Positions 48,300 through 56,482 of a stretch of DNA of 64,000 bases are shown here, in pieces. Position numbers and translations under genes: made by a program. The notes under the pieces are model-generated. The model made no database searches. It saw nothing but the letters and a program-made list of their open reading frames with translations, and had not been told where the DNA came from. This DNA comes from Candidatus Latescibacterota bacterium (GTDB lineage Bacteria > Latescibacterota > UBA2968). Position 1 is the first letter of the stretch; the number at the start of each line of letters is the position of its first letter. The DNA lies in NCBI GenBank assembly GCA_965204375.1, contig OZ241986.1:3648001-3712000 (forward strand), written 5' to 3'.

Positions 48300-48515
48300 C
48301 TTTGCAGGCTACGTCAACGATTTCCCCTGAATCATCACTGACATAACGAAATTATGGGAGATGCGCTATCAATGATTGTAACTTTGATCGCTTTCATTTT
48401 CTCCAAAATACTCTCCTGAAACAGGGCACTGCATTGCATCACAAAGCCGATATTTCGACGCAGAAAATTGAGGCGATACTACTTGATTCAATCCCATCAA
48501 TCAAGATCTGACCTT
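48300..48515 (-). pseudogene. Decayed remnant of an ABC transporter NBD paralogous to 50217..51932
   Basis: 48401-48515 aligns with ~50655-50770 (GAAACAGGGCACTGC.TTGCATCACAAAGCCGATATTT...CCCATCAATCAA) with indels and stops. Confidence 0.75.
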
Positions 48516-48524
48516 ATAACGAAT

Positions 48525-49370
48525 TTATTTCAAATGAATCCATAGATCATTATAAATGTAGTAAAAAATATAGGCATTATAGAAGTGAATCATTAGATTT
48601 CCAACGGCGTGGATACTCCAACACAAAACCAAAGATCCGGTTATCTCGAAAATTAATGTTGTAATTATGGCAGAAAAAGTCGCAGGTATTCCACTGAATC
48701 GAAAATGAATTACACCAAAAACAATAGATGATAACAACACACTTCCTACGACATTTATCCGCTTGCGTAAAGAAGAATACAGCATCCCACGAAATAATAA
48801 CTCTTCCACAAAAGGGCCAATAATAACAGTTAGTAAAAGTGAAGAAATAACAACTTCGAGTTTCCACCGAAATTCTTCACTAGGGTAATATGGGCTAATC
48901 ATATTTATTGGAAAAATAAGTAAAAAAGGCAACGTTATCACTGTAGCTTTTAGCACCCCGATGACGCTACCTAATACCAAATATTTCCTCAAACGATATC
49001 CGGTCAGCGTTAAATCTCGCAGTGAAAGATTATATTTATATGATATAACTCCCCAAATGATAAGTAAGCTGGTCAAATAAGACAAAATTAGGCATAATGG
49101 TCTGCCCAGCAAATAAATATAAGACGGAGAAAATTGAGTTAAAAACCTTTCAAAGAAGGGTGAAGTCTGAACGAGATAAACAAGTAATATGGGAAATCTC
49201 AGGGCGCATTGTCCCAATAATAGCGTTAAAATTATGAGACTGAGAGGGATCCAAAATGACCAAGGAGATTGCCAAATGCCATTAACGGACCTCCCAAAAA
49301 ACTCAGGTCTTTCATTTAAAACGCGGAAGTCATTCACTGATTTTTGAAGCTGTTTTAAAACCCTCGCCAT
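48525..49370 (-). CDS. CPBP (CAAX/Abi) family intramembrane metalloprotease
   Basis: GPFVEELLFRG, FGVIH, IHAVGN; multiple TM helices. Confidence 0.88.
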   Translation of the reverse strand: MARVLKQLQKSVNDFRVLNERPEFFGRSVNGIWQSPWSFWIPLSLIILTLLLGQCALRFPILLVYLVQTSPFFERFLTQFSPSYIYLLGRPLCLILSYLTSLLIIWGVISYKYNLSLRDLTLTGYRLRKYLVLGSVIGVLKATVITLPFLLIFPINMISPYYPSEEFRWKLEVVISSLLLTVIIGPFVEELLFRGMLYSSLRKRINVVGSVLLSSIVFGVIHFRFSGIPATFSAIITTLIFEITGSLVLCWSIHAVGNLMIHFYNAYIFYYIYNDLWIHLK

Positions 49371-49542
49371 TAAGCAAATCTCTTAAGTAAAAGGTGAATC
49401 ATAGCGATATAAGTAAATGGCTTCACAGTTGACCTCAAGCCTTCATAATCCTTTGATAGCCACCGAAAGGGACTGCAACGACCTGTAGTAAAACGTATCA
49501 ATCACAGGCTTGAAACCCAAGCCCTAAATACTCCACCAAAAC

Positions 49543-49672
49543 GATGCTGTTGCCGAATTCCGAATTCTATCTCCATGCAACTAAACATAGAACTTACAGA
49601 GCCTGCATTCAGGCCACAAACCGCCGTTTTTCCAACCGTCGATTCCCTCTCGACCAATTCGGCAACAGCATC
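49543..49672. mobile_element. 130-bp MITE with 17-bp terminal inverted repeats and a 6-bp target-site duplication
   Basis: GATGCTGTTGCCGAATT (49543-49559) / AATTCGGCAACAGCATC (49656-49672); CAAAAC at 49537-49542 and 49673-49678. Confidence 0.85.
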
Positions 49673-49743
49673 CAAAACGGGGTAACTCCAAAGAACTATT
49701 GCACTGGGGGCTCCTTACGGTTCTTTTTTGCTACCCTATTAGC

Positions 49744-50154
49744 TTAATCGCCGGTAACTTTTTTCAATGCTGCTGCACCTACTTCTTGACCAGTTGTTAC
49801 TACGGCTTCCTCTCCTGCCTCTTTTGCAACAGTTCTGGCCACCACTCTTGCACCTGCACTAGCAGCTCTAGCTCCAGCTATAGTAGGACCAACGATAAAC
49901 TCAACTGGACTAACAGCATCTCCCAAACCTGGTGCATGAATAAGCATGCTATCCGCCCAAGCAGGACTGCCAGGAACTTGACTGTCTGTCGTATCGGAAG
50001 GTGATATTTCAAAGTCTATATAAACAGCGTTGGCATCATCATCAGCCTTCGCATCAAGTTCATCATAGACCTCACAGCCATATGCTTCTATACAACAGTT
50101 CACATAGACCTTTTTGGGGGATTTTCTCAATGCTGGTAATGCTAAATCTTCCAT
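49744..50154 (-). CDS. Putative precursor/exported substrate with a CLI_3235-like leader (…LRKSPKK…IEAY|GC…)
   Basis: RBS AAGGAG before ATG 50154; 25-aa leader ending IEAY; 111-aa acidic then Ala/Val/Gly-rich payload; sits directly downstream of the exporter. Confidence 0.6.
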   Translation of the reverse strand: MEDLALPALRKSPKKVYVNCCIEAYGCEVYDELDAKADDDANAVYIDFEISPSDTTDSQVPGSPAWADSMLIHAPGLGDAVSPVEFIVGPTIAGARAASAGARVVARTVAKEAGEEAVVTTGQEVGAAALKKVTGD

Positions 50155-50216
50155 ATTGTACTCCTTTCTTAATTTTAAGTTATACATTTATGAAGCCCCC
50201 AATGCAATAAAAATCA

Positions 50217-51932
50217 TTAAATCCTCGCGGCTCGCTCCTGGAGCATGGCATAAACACCATCTTGCAGCAGCAAAACTTCGTGGCTGCCTTCTTCCGCAAT
50301 TCTTCCCTGATCAATGACAACAATTTTATCTGCTCGTTGGATGGTTGACAGGCGATGGGCAATCACGATCACGGTCCTTTGCTTGCAAATTTCCTTCATC
50401 GCTTCCTGAATATAAAATTCAGATTCATTATCCAGTGCAGCAGTGGGTTCATCTAAAATTAAGATGGGTGTGTTCTGTAGTAACACTCTTGCGAGCGCGA
50501 CCCTTTGCCGCTGTCCCTCTGAAAGTTGCGCTCCCTGCTCACCGATGACAGTGTGATAACCGTTGGGGAGCCGCGTGATAAAATCGTGGATATAGGCTGC
50601 CCGGGTTGCGGCTTCAACATCGTTCATGGAAATCGGTTTGTTAAACGTCAAATTCTCCAGAATACTCCCTTGAAACAGGGCACTGCCTTGCATCACAAAG
50701 CCGATATTTTGTCGCAGGGAATTGAGGCGGTATTGCCTGATATCAACCCCATCAATCAAAACCTGACCATCCACTGGATCGTAGAACCTCGGAATGAGCT
50801 TTGCCAAGGTAGATTTGCCTGACCCGCTTCTTCCAACAATGGCGACTGTCTCATCAGCCTCAATATCGAGGTTGATCTCGTTTAACACCACCCTTTCGGG
50901 TTGATATGCAAAACTGACGTCTCGAAACTCTATCCTTCCATGAATCTCATTGAGTTCAGCCAACTGCGGTTCATCGCGTATGTCAGGCGTGATATTATAG
51001 ACTTCAAAAAAGCGATCTGTGTGAACCAGTGTAGATTCAATGCGTCGCAATAGGCCAATGAGACTTTTAATAGGTCCATACAAATATCCCACATAGCCCG
51101 TAAAAGCCATATAACTCCCCAACGTCAAATTGTCAGATAACACCTCGTGCCACCCATAGAAACTGTAGGCAAGTGTTCCGCCCGTCTTAAAAATAGTGCC
51201 AGCATAGCCACTTATCCCCTGAAATAGCGACAATTTCATTCTGAGATTTGCAACATTGATGAATAATCCCTGTAGCTTCCGAAAAAACGAAGTCTCCAAC
51301 CCTAAAGACTGTACTGTTCTAATTGAAGAGATGGACTCGTAATTCTTTGCCGATAACTCTGCCGCACGCTCCGCAATCTCTTTCGTATATTTGCGTATAA
51401 ACCGTCTCGAAATCAAAACCAACAGCGTATCTAAGGGCAAGATCGTGAGGCTGATCAGTGCCAGTTTCCAATTGATAAAGAACAGAATGGGCGGAAAAAT
51501 TACGAGTTGGAGCGAATTGATAATCAGTGTGTTAATCAAACCGATGACACTGGCAATGGAACTCCGCATATCCCTGAATCGAGATAGTATTTCACCGGTC
51601 TCCCGGTTGTCAAAAAAACTAAAATCCAGCGTTTGGATATGTTTGTAAAAACGCGCTTGAAAATCATATCCCATCCTAATGCCAACACACTGACCAAAAT
51701 ACCCACTGATAAACCTCATCCCACCCACCCCCAACGACATCAGCATGCCCAACAACAGAACAAAATTCAACAGAGAGAAATCTTTGTGCGGATATACGTC
51801 ATCGATCATTATTTTCGTGAAATAAGGACCAGGTATCTGAAACAGCATGAACAAAATGCCAACACAAAGCGACTGGATAATATACCGCCAATAAGGTCGC
51901 AGCATCTTAACAACAGTGAATATTTGCGTCAA
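50217..51932 (-). CDS. ABC exporter (TMD+NBD), peptide/type I secretion type, without a C39 domain
   Basis: GRSGSGKST, LSEGQRQR, ILILDEPT, IAHRLST; N-terminal TMD begins immediately. Confidence 0.9.
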   Translation of the reverse strand: MTQIFTVVKMLRPYWRYIIQSLCVGILFMLFQIPGPYFTKIMIDDVYPHKDFSLLNFVLLLGMLMSLGVGGMRFISGYFGQCVGIRMGYDFQARFYKHIQTLDFSFFDNRETGEILSRFRDMRSSIASVIGLINTLIINSLQLVIFPPILFFINWKLALISLTILPLDTLLVLISRRFIRKYTKEIAERAAELSAKNYESISSIRTVQSLGLETSFFRKLQGLFINVANLRMKLSLFQGISGYAGTIFKTGGTLAYSFYGWHEVLSDNLTLGSYMAFTGYVGYLYGPIKSLIGLLRRIESTLVHTDRFFEVYNITPDIRDEPQLAELNEIHGRIEFRDVSFAYQPERVVLNEINLDIEADETVAIVGRSGSGKSTLAKLIPRFYDPVDGQVLIDGVDIRQYRLNSLRQNIGFVMQGSALFQGSILENLTFNKPISMNDVEAATRAAYIHDFITRLPNGYHTVIGEQGAQLSEGQRQRVALARVLLQNTPILILDEPTAALDNESEFYIQEAMKEICKQRTVIVIAHRLSTIQRADKIVVIDQGRIAEEGSHEVLLLQDGVYAMLQERAARI

Positions 51933-51975
51933 GATTCCGAATCTCCGATTTGCTTATGTGGTTAAAACCACCCGA

Positions 51976-53154
51976 TTAAAAAACCAGCGGATTTTGCTTG
52001 TCAACGATACCAAAAGCCTCTTTGATCTTTTTCCACCCAATTTGCCATAAAAAACTTCTTTCAATAATGATCTTCGCATCTAATCTCATACCATAAGCAA
52101 CGGGATATATCTGATCGCCACTGCGAACAAAGGGTTCATCGATCAATATCTTCACGGGGTATAATGTCAGTGCAGTTGCATTTGGAGGCACGACTTGATT
52201 CCGACTGGGCAATTCACTAACCCTACCACTAAAAATTTTGTAATTCATATGCGGAAACGCATGGATGTACAACTTGACATCTTGACCCATTTCAATTTTT
52301 GAAATATCCACCTCTTGCACAAAAACCCTCGCCTGCCATTCATTTAACTGCGCCAATTCCAATACCGGGCTGCCAACCGAAACCCTATCTCCTTCTATTG
52401 TTTCAATATCTGAGGTCAGCACAATTCCTGAGATTGGAGAAATGATGGTGGTTTTTCTTATCTGTTCCTGAATCCAATCGCGTTCTTGCAGGAGCTTATC
52501 CCCGACCAGTTTTAGCGTCTGGATTTCTTTCTCTCTGACAACCAAAGCATCGAGTTCAATTTCCAGATAGGTCATGCGTTGCAGGACGCGGTTGAGATTA
52601 TTTTCTTGAAGTTTTACAGGTAAAAGCGTCTCAAGAGGTCGTGTCTGTACCTCTCTCTCTTTGAGATATTTTTGATACAATTGTTGCTCCTGTAAAATCT
52701 GTTCGAGCCGGAGACCACCCGCTTCGTGTTCAAGTCGCGCCTGGTCGAGACTCGATTCTATTCTTTGCCGATCAAAAAATAATGTCTCTCTGAGTTCCTC
52801 TCTCTGTCGCTGATTAATTGCGATCTCTTTCTCAATTTTCGCAGCCTCTTTTCTCCACTCTGAAGCACCCAAAATAAAAAGCGTATCTCCTTTTGCAACC
52901 TGCTGACCAGCGTGAATAAGCACCTTCTCTATCGTGCCCACAGTCTCTGATTTGACAAATTTTTTCTCAACGGGTTCAACGTGACCAGAAGCCTCAACAC
53001 TGATTTCCATTTCGACATCCCAACCTAAAATCACAATCCCCGCAACGAGCAGAATAGTCGATGCTATAATAGACAGAATGAAGAATCTTATAAACTCAAA
53101 GCCCTTTAACTTGATCTCGTGATCAGATTCAGGCTGTTTGGTGGCTAACGCCAT
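51976..53154 (-). CDS. HlyD family secretion adaptor (membrane fusion protein)
   Basis: N-terminal TM; GQQVAKGDTL; coiled coil; IISPISGIV; GMRLDAKII. Confidence 0.88.
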   Translation of the reverse strand: MALATKQPESDHEIKLKGFEFIRFFILSIIASTILLVAGIVILGWDVEMEISVEASGHVEPVEKKFVKSETVGTIEKVLIHAGQQVAKGDTLFILGASEWRKEAAKIEKEIAINQRQREELRETLFFDRQRIESSLDQARLEHEAGGLRLEQILQEQQLYQKYLKEREVQTRPLETLLPVKLQENNLNRVLQRMTYLEIELDALVVREKEIQTLKLVGDKLLQERDWIQEQIRKTTIISPISGIVLTSDIETIEGDRVSVGSPVLELAQLNEWQARVFVQEVDISKIEMGQDVKLYIHAFPHMNYKIFSGRVSELPSRNQVVPPNATALTLYPVKILIDEPFVRSGDQIYPVAYGMRLDAKIIIERSFLWQIGWKKIKEAFGIVDKQNPLVF

Positions 53155-53252
53155 ACTGGAGACATAAAATAAGTTGCGATAACATAACGGCCAAAGCCGA
53201 TGGACTTAGAGTGGGCAAATAGACATTTAACTCACACATTTTCCGAAAACGT

Positions 53253-53948
53253 CTAAATTTCTCCACGTCTAAATTTTCTCCGGTACTGGGTAGGAGAAAT
53301 GCCATGTATCTTTTTGAAAGCCTCATACAAACGCTTTTGTTCACGAAACCCACATTTATCTGCAATTTCATAGATCCGCAATGGCGGTTTTTCCATCAAG
53401 TGCTCTTGTGCCTTTGCAACTCTGATCTCCCTCAATTTTTCCAAGAACGTCTTGCCCAAATGTTTTTTGAACAGCTTGCAGCCATAAGATCTACAGAACA
53501 GGAAATGGTCCATAAGGTCGTCAAATTTTAGCTCTGGATCGCTGTATTTCTCATTCAGAAATGATTCCAACTCTGTTTTCCACGGATATCGTGAAGACAT
53601 AGACTTTCTGATCTTCACCAGAAATTTATCTCTCATAATGGGGAATACACTTACAACCTTTCTCTCGAGGATTTCTTCGCTCAACTTCAGGGATCCAGAC
53701 CTTGCCCTGAGCAAGATATCCGCCTGAGTTTTTTCCTCCGATAGGCACGTCACAAAGTGTATCCCATCAACATCCTCTATATACATCTCGGCTATGGCAA
53801 GGTCTATCTGCTCGCTTCTTAAAATATCAAGCCCTTCTCGCCCATCTGGTGCAGTAAATACGTCATGAGGGCCATCTATCAAGAATCTTATGAACGCCGA
53901 CATAGTATAGGTTGCATGACCTATAATCAGAATTTTCTGCTTATCCAT
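53253..53948 (-). CDS. Atypical response regulator (pseudo-receiver + AraC HTH), paralog of 44035..44727
   Basis: KILIIGH...LAIAEMY (Asp to Glu; Lys-Pro lost); LFKKHLGKTF...EIADKCGF...FKKIHGISPTQYR. Confidence 0.85.
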   Translation of the reverse strand: MDKQKILIIGHATYTMSAFIRFLIDGPHDVFTAPDGREGLDILRSEQIDLAIAEMYIEDVDGIHFVTCLSEEKTQADILLRARSGSLKLSEEILERKVVSVFPIMRDKFLVKIRKSMSSRYPWKTELESFLNEKYSDPELKFDDLMDHFLFCRSYGCKLFKKHLGKTFLEKLREIRVAKAQEHLMEKPPLRIYEIADKCGFREQKRLYEAFKKIHGISPTQYRRKFRRGEI

Positions 53949-54011
53949 AGCACCAGCAGCAAGCCACAAATCTCAATGGTTGACAATTGAGATTTGGATC
54001 GTTATTTTCAG

Positions 54012-54090
54012 ATATTCTCAAGTTGCCCGCTTGAGATATTTAACCCGCCGCTGACAGATGACTTATTCAGGTCTTGTCGGCGGCTTTTTA
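54012..54090. ncRNA. Conserved two-hairpin element, copy B
   Basis: TCTCAAGT-N5-GCTTGAGA plus GCCGCTGACA...TGTCGGCGGC-TTTTT. Confidence 0.5.
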
Positions 54091-54120
54091 ATTATACCAC
54101 CGCAGCCTCCTGAATCGCAA
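54091..54120 (-). promoter_or_regulatory. Sigma-70-type promoter with extended -10
   Basis: Reverse complement TTGCGA-N18-TATAAT with TGn immediately before TATAAT. Confidence 0.6.
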
Positions 54121-54232
54121 TTCAAAAATATTCTTTGTATTGCTCATTTTCCCTCATATTTCTACACTTCCGAGAGAAAAATCGCCTATCTGTAATCAGA
54201 CCCACGCTTCCACGCGCCTACTTCACACTTTT

Positions 54233-54264
54233 TAGTGGATAGTGGATAGTGGATAGTGGATAGT
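54233..54264 (+). repeat. Heptamer tandem repeat (TAGTGGA) x4.5
   Basis: tagtgga tagtgga tagtgga tagtgga tagt. Confidence 0.85.
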
Positions 54265-54314
54265 TCAACTGAGTAAAACGGCAGGGCCTCAAGCAAATTC
54301 ATGCCTTGAGGTAG

Positions 54315-54330
54315 TGCAAATACCGTGCCA
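54315..54330 (-). promoter_or_regulatory. Sigma-54 (-24/-12) promoter
   Basis: Reverse complement TGGCACGGTATTTGCA = consensus TGGCAC-N5-TTGC. Confidence 0.8.
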
Positions 54331-54406
54331 GACAAGCAAATAACCCGTAACTGATTGCAGGAGAGCGTATTTCTATAAAATACCGTTGAAAGGATCTACA
54401 GGTAGG

Positions 54407-54443
54407 TGTTTCAAATGAAACAGTAAGTGTTTCATTTGAAACA
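54407..54443. promoter_or_regulatory. Tandem palindromic enhancer (bEBP UAS-like) sites
   Basis: TGTTTCAAATGAAACA (54407-54422) and TGTTTCATTTGAAACA (54428-54443), 21 bp apart, ~80-110 bp upstream of the sigma-54 site. Confidence 0.7.
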
Positions 54444-54521
54444 GTAGAGACTGTAATGAGGCAGGGGATTATGGAGAGATCAGACTAAAAATACCCTGAA
54501 GAACACAGGGCAGGCTGGAGG

Positions 54522-54628
54522 GTAGCGGGCGAAAGATTTTTCGCCCACCATCGGACAACCACGAGGGTTGCCCCTACAACATCAGGGCGTGATGACAAGC
54601 ACGGGCGAGGCATGCCTCGCCCCTACGG
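54522..54628. repeat. Cluster of REP-like palindromes (GTAG/CTAC-tailed)
   Basis: gggcgaaagatttttcgccc; ggacaaccacgagggttgcccctac; gggcgaggcatgcctcgcccctac. Confidence 0.65.
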
Positions 54629-54663
54629 TTGCTTCACCCTTCATACTTTCTACTTCAAACTTC

Positions 54664-56349
54664 TCATGTCGCATCTGTCTGCTGGTGCTGGCCGATAAAA
54701 CCAATAACAACGCGCGCCTTGCTCTTGTCCCAATCAAAAGCGATTCGAATTGTGTAACGCGCATTCCTATTGCTTCCCGTTCCGATGTGCTTTTTTAGCC
54801 AATGGGTCTTGTTACCAACTTTAGTGGTGTACCAATCCTCGTACTTATTCATTGTTATATCGCTCTGGTGCCCCTTGTACCACCACTTACACGCTTTCCG
54901 AATGGACAAATCGGGATTTTTTAGACTGATCTCCCCCTGGCGCGCCCCATAATACGTGGTCGCCAACCATTGCAGCGCGTCCCACACAGCTTTGGGATGC
55001 TTGAATGGGTTATCCTCAACGCACGATTTCCCATTGAGCTGGAAGAGAAGTTTATCGTCGAATCTTTCTTTGGCAAGCTCAACAGCATCATTCACGCTCT
55101 CGATGGACAAATCCTCATCTTCACTCGAGATTGCCACTCCCTTACTCGCCTCCTCAATATAGTACCTTCTCCACCTCTCGGCCTCCTTTTGCAACTTTTC
55201 GATCTCATCCTGACGCTTGTATAATTGGCTTTGCAGCGATTCGACCTCTTCTTCATGCTCTGATTTTAACGCGATATAGTCTGCCTCTGAAAACGCACGT
55301 TGATTATCGGATTCTTGAGCGGATTGTTCCTCAGTTGGAACATCGGATTCTTGTTCTTCCTCTATCGGTGGTGTGGGAGATTCATTCATGAGCCGATCTA
55401 TGCGGTCTATAATCGGCAAGAGGCGATTCTCCAGCTTTACCCGCTTGGGCCTTCTCTCGCGTTCCTCCTCCAGAACAGGCGCGGGTTCGTGAATAGGTTG
55501 GTAATCAGTTAGCAAAGACCGCATGTTCTGAGTATCCTGAAGGACTTTTGGAAGGTCAGCATCGGGCAATAAATGCGCCGCAGACCATGACGCGAGATCT
55601 TTTTGGAAAAATTTCAGTTCCGATGAAAAAACATCCCTGACCTCAACGATCAGAGCGTCGAGGTCATTGGCTTGCTTGTATTGCGCCTTCTTTGTCTCTA
55701 TAATGGTCTGCACCGATTCGACAAAGCCCGGAATCGCCTCCCCCCACTCTGGCGCATTAGCAGGCAGTGATCTCAAATATTCGAGCCCTTGCGACAAAAC
55801 ATCGTCTTTTTTTTCTTTAGCTCCAGGTATTTTGCCCGACACATAGCACAGCATCAGCTCAATATCCTCTTTATCAAATTCGCTGTGGCGTTCAAGAATT
55901 TTGTCCGCCTCCCGCTCCCATACATCACGGAACCAGAAACCTTGGAATTGATTCTCCGAAAAATCTGGATACTCAGCCGGCATTGCCAGATCCTCGAGAT
56001 GTTTAACAACCACATCGCCGAGCGCGTCATGGGACTCCGCCCAGACCTTCAAAACCGCGCCCGTTAGTTTGTCCGATTGAGTTACAGCTTTCAGGACAGG
56101 CTCTTGTAAATAATGGGCTGGCGCGCGATCTGTGTTTTTGTACCCATCAACTCTTATGTACTCGCGTATCGCCGAGTTGAGCGCTCTCCTCGCTTCTGTT
56201 GACACCTTACGCCGTGAATCAATCGCGCGTTGGACCACAGCCTCGTGATATTCAGAATTCATAAATCCAAAGATCGTACTAATTTGCAAACTATCTGATT
56301 TCGTTATATCGCCTGAGAACATGTCTGACATTGTACAAATCTCCTTCAT
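54664..56349 (-). CDS. Hypothetical protein with a coiled coil and a C-terminal RelE-like fold motif
   Basis: Coiled coil LKSEHEEEVESLQSQL...; C-terminal KKHIGTGS...TIRIAFDWD...VVIGFIGQH. Confidence 0.5.
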   Translation of the reverse strand: MKEICTMSDMFSGDITKSDSLQISTIFGFMNSEYHEAVVQRAIDSRRKVSTEARRALNSAIREYIRVDGYKNTDRAPAHYLQEPVLKAVTQSDKLTGAVLKVWAESHDALGDVVVKHLEDLAMPAEYPDFSENQFQGFWFRDVWEREADKILERHSEFDKEDIELMLCYVSGKIPGAKEKKDDVLSQGLEYLRSLPANAPEWGEAIPGFVESVQTIIETKKAQYKQANDLDALIVEVRDVFSSELKFFQKDLASWSAAHLLPDADLPKVLQDTQNMRSLLTDYQPIHEPAPVLEEERERRPKRVKLENRLLPIIDRIDRLMNESPTPPIEEEQESDVPTEEQSAQESDNQRAFSEADYIALKSEHEEEVESLQSQLYKRQDEIEKLQKEAERWRRYYIEEASKGVAISSEDEDLSIESVNDAVELAKERFDDKLLFQLNGKSCVEDNPFKHPKAVWDALQWLATTYYGARQGEISLKNPDLSIRKACKWWYKGHQSDITMNKYEDWYTTKVGNKTHWLKKHIGTGSNRNARYTIRIAFDWDKSKARVVIGFIGQHQQTDAT

Positions 56350-56370
56350 TTTTATTCATAAAAAACAAAC

Positions 56371-56398
56371 AAGGGGTTATGCACAAAGCATAACCCCC
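56371..56398 (-). terminator. Terminator hairpin downstream of tRNA-Pro(GGG)
   Basis: GGGGTTATGC-acaaa-GCATAACCCC. Confidence 0.7.
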
Positions 56399-56405
56399 GT
56401 TATTA

Positions 56406-56482
56406 TGGTCGGAGCGACTGGATTTGAACCAGCGACCCCCATCACCCCAAGATGGTGCGCTACCGAGCTGCGCTACGCTCCG
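56406..56482 (-). tRNA. tRNA-Pro(GGG)
   Basis: Reverse complement CGGAGCGTAGCGCAGCTCGGTAGCGCACCATCTTGGGGTGATGGGGGTCGCTGGTTCAAATCCAGTCGCTCCGACCA. Confidence 0.97.

Larger units (their letters stand above)
44890..56457. mobile_element. ~11.5-kb genomic island integrated at tRNA-Pro(GGG), no integrase visible
   Basis: Flanked by direct repeats of the tRNA 3' end; cargo all on the minus strand and visibly more AT-rich than the flanks. Confidence 0.8.

Noticed and set aside
49371-49743. Frameshifted continuation (toxin domain) or small immunity ORF downstream of the precursor
   Set aside because: The frames I read across the stop codon close quickly, and no credible ORF was found even after removing the MITE
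53185-53220. c-di-GMP-I riboswitch-like string (CAAAGCC..TGGACTTAG)
   Set aside because: Wrong strand for the downstream genes, and the GNRA/P2 elements are missing
54088-54147. 19-aa minus-strand ORF MSNTKNIFELRFRRLRWYN with a GAGGG RBS
   Set aside because: Overlaps the sigma-70 promoter elements and has no supporting motif; cannot be distinguished from chance
54233-54264. CRISPR array
   Set aside because: Simple heptamer tandem repeat without spacers; no repeat-spacer array or cas genes were seen in the window
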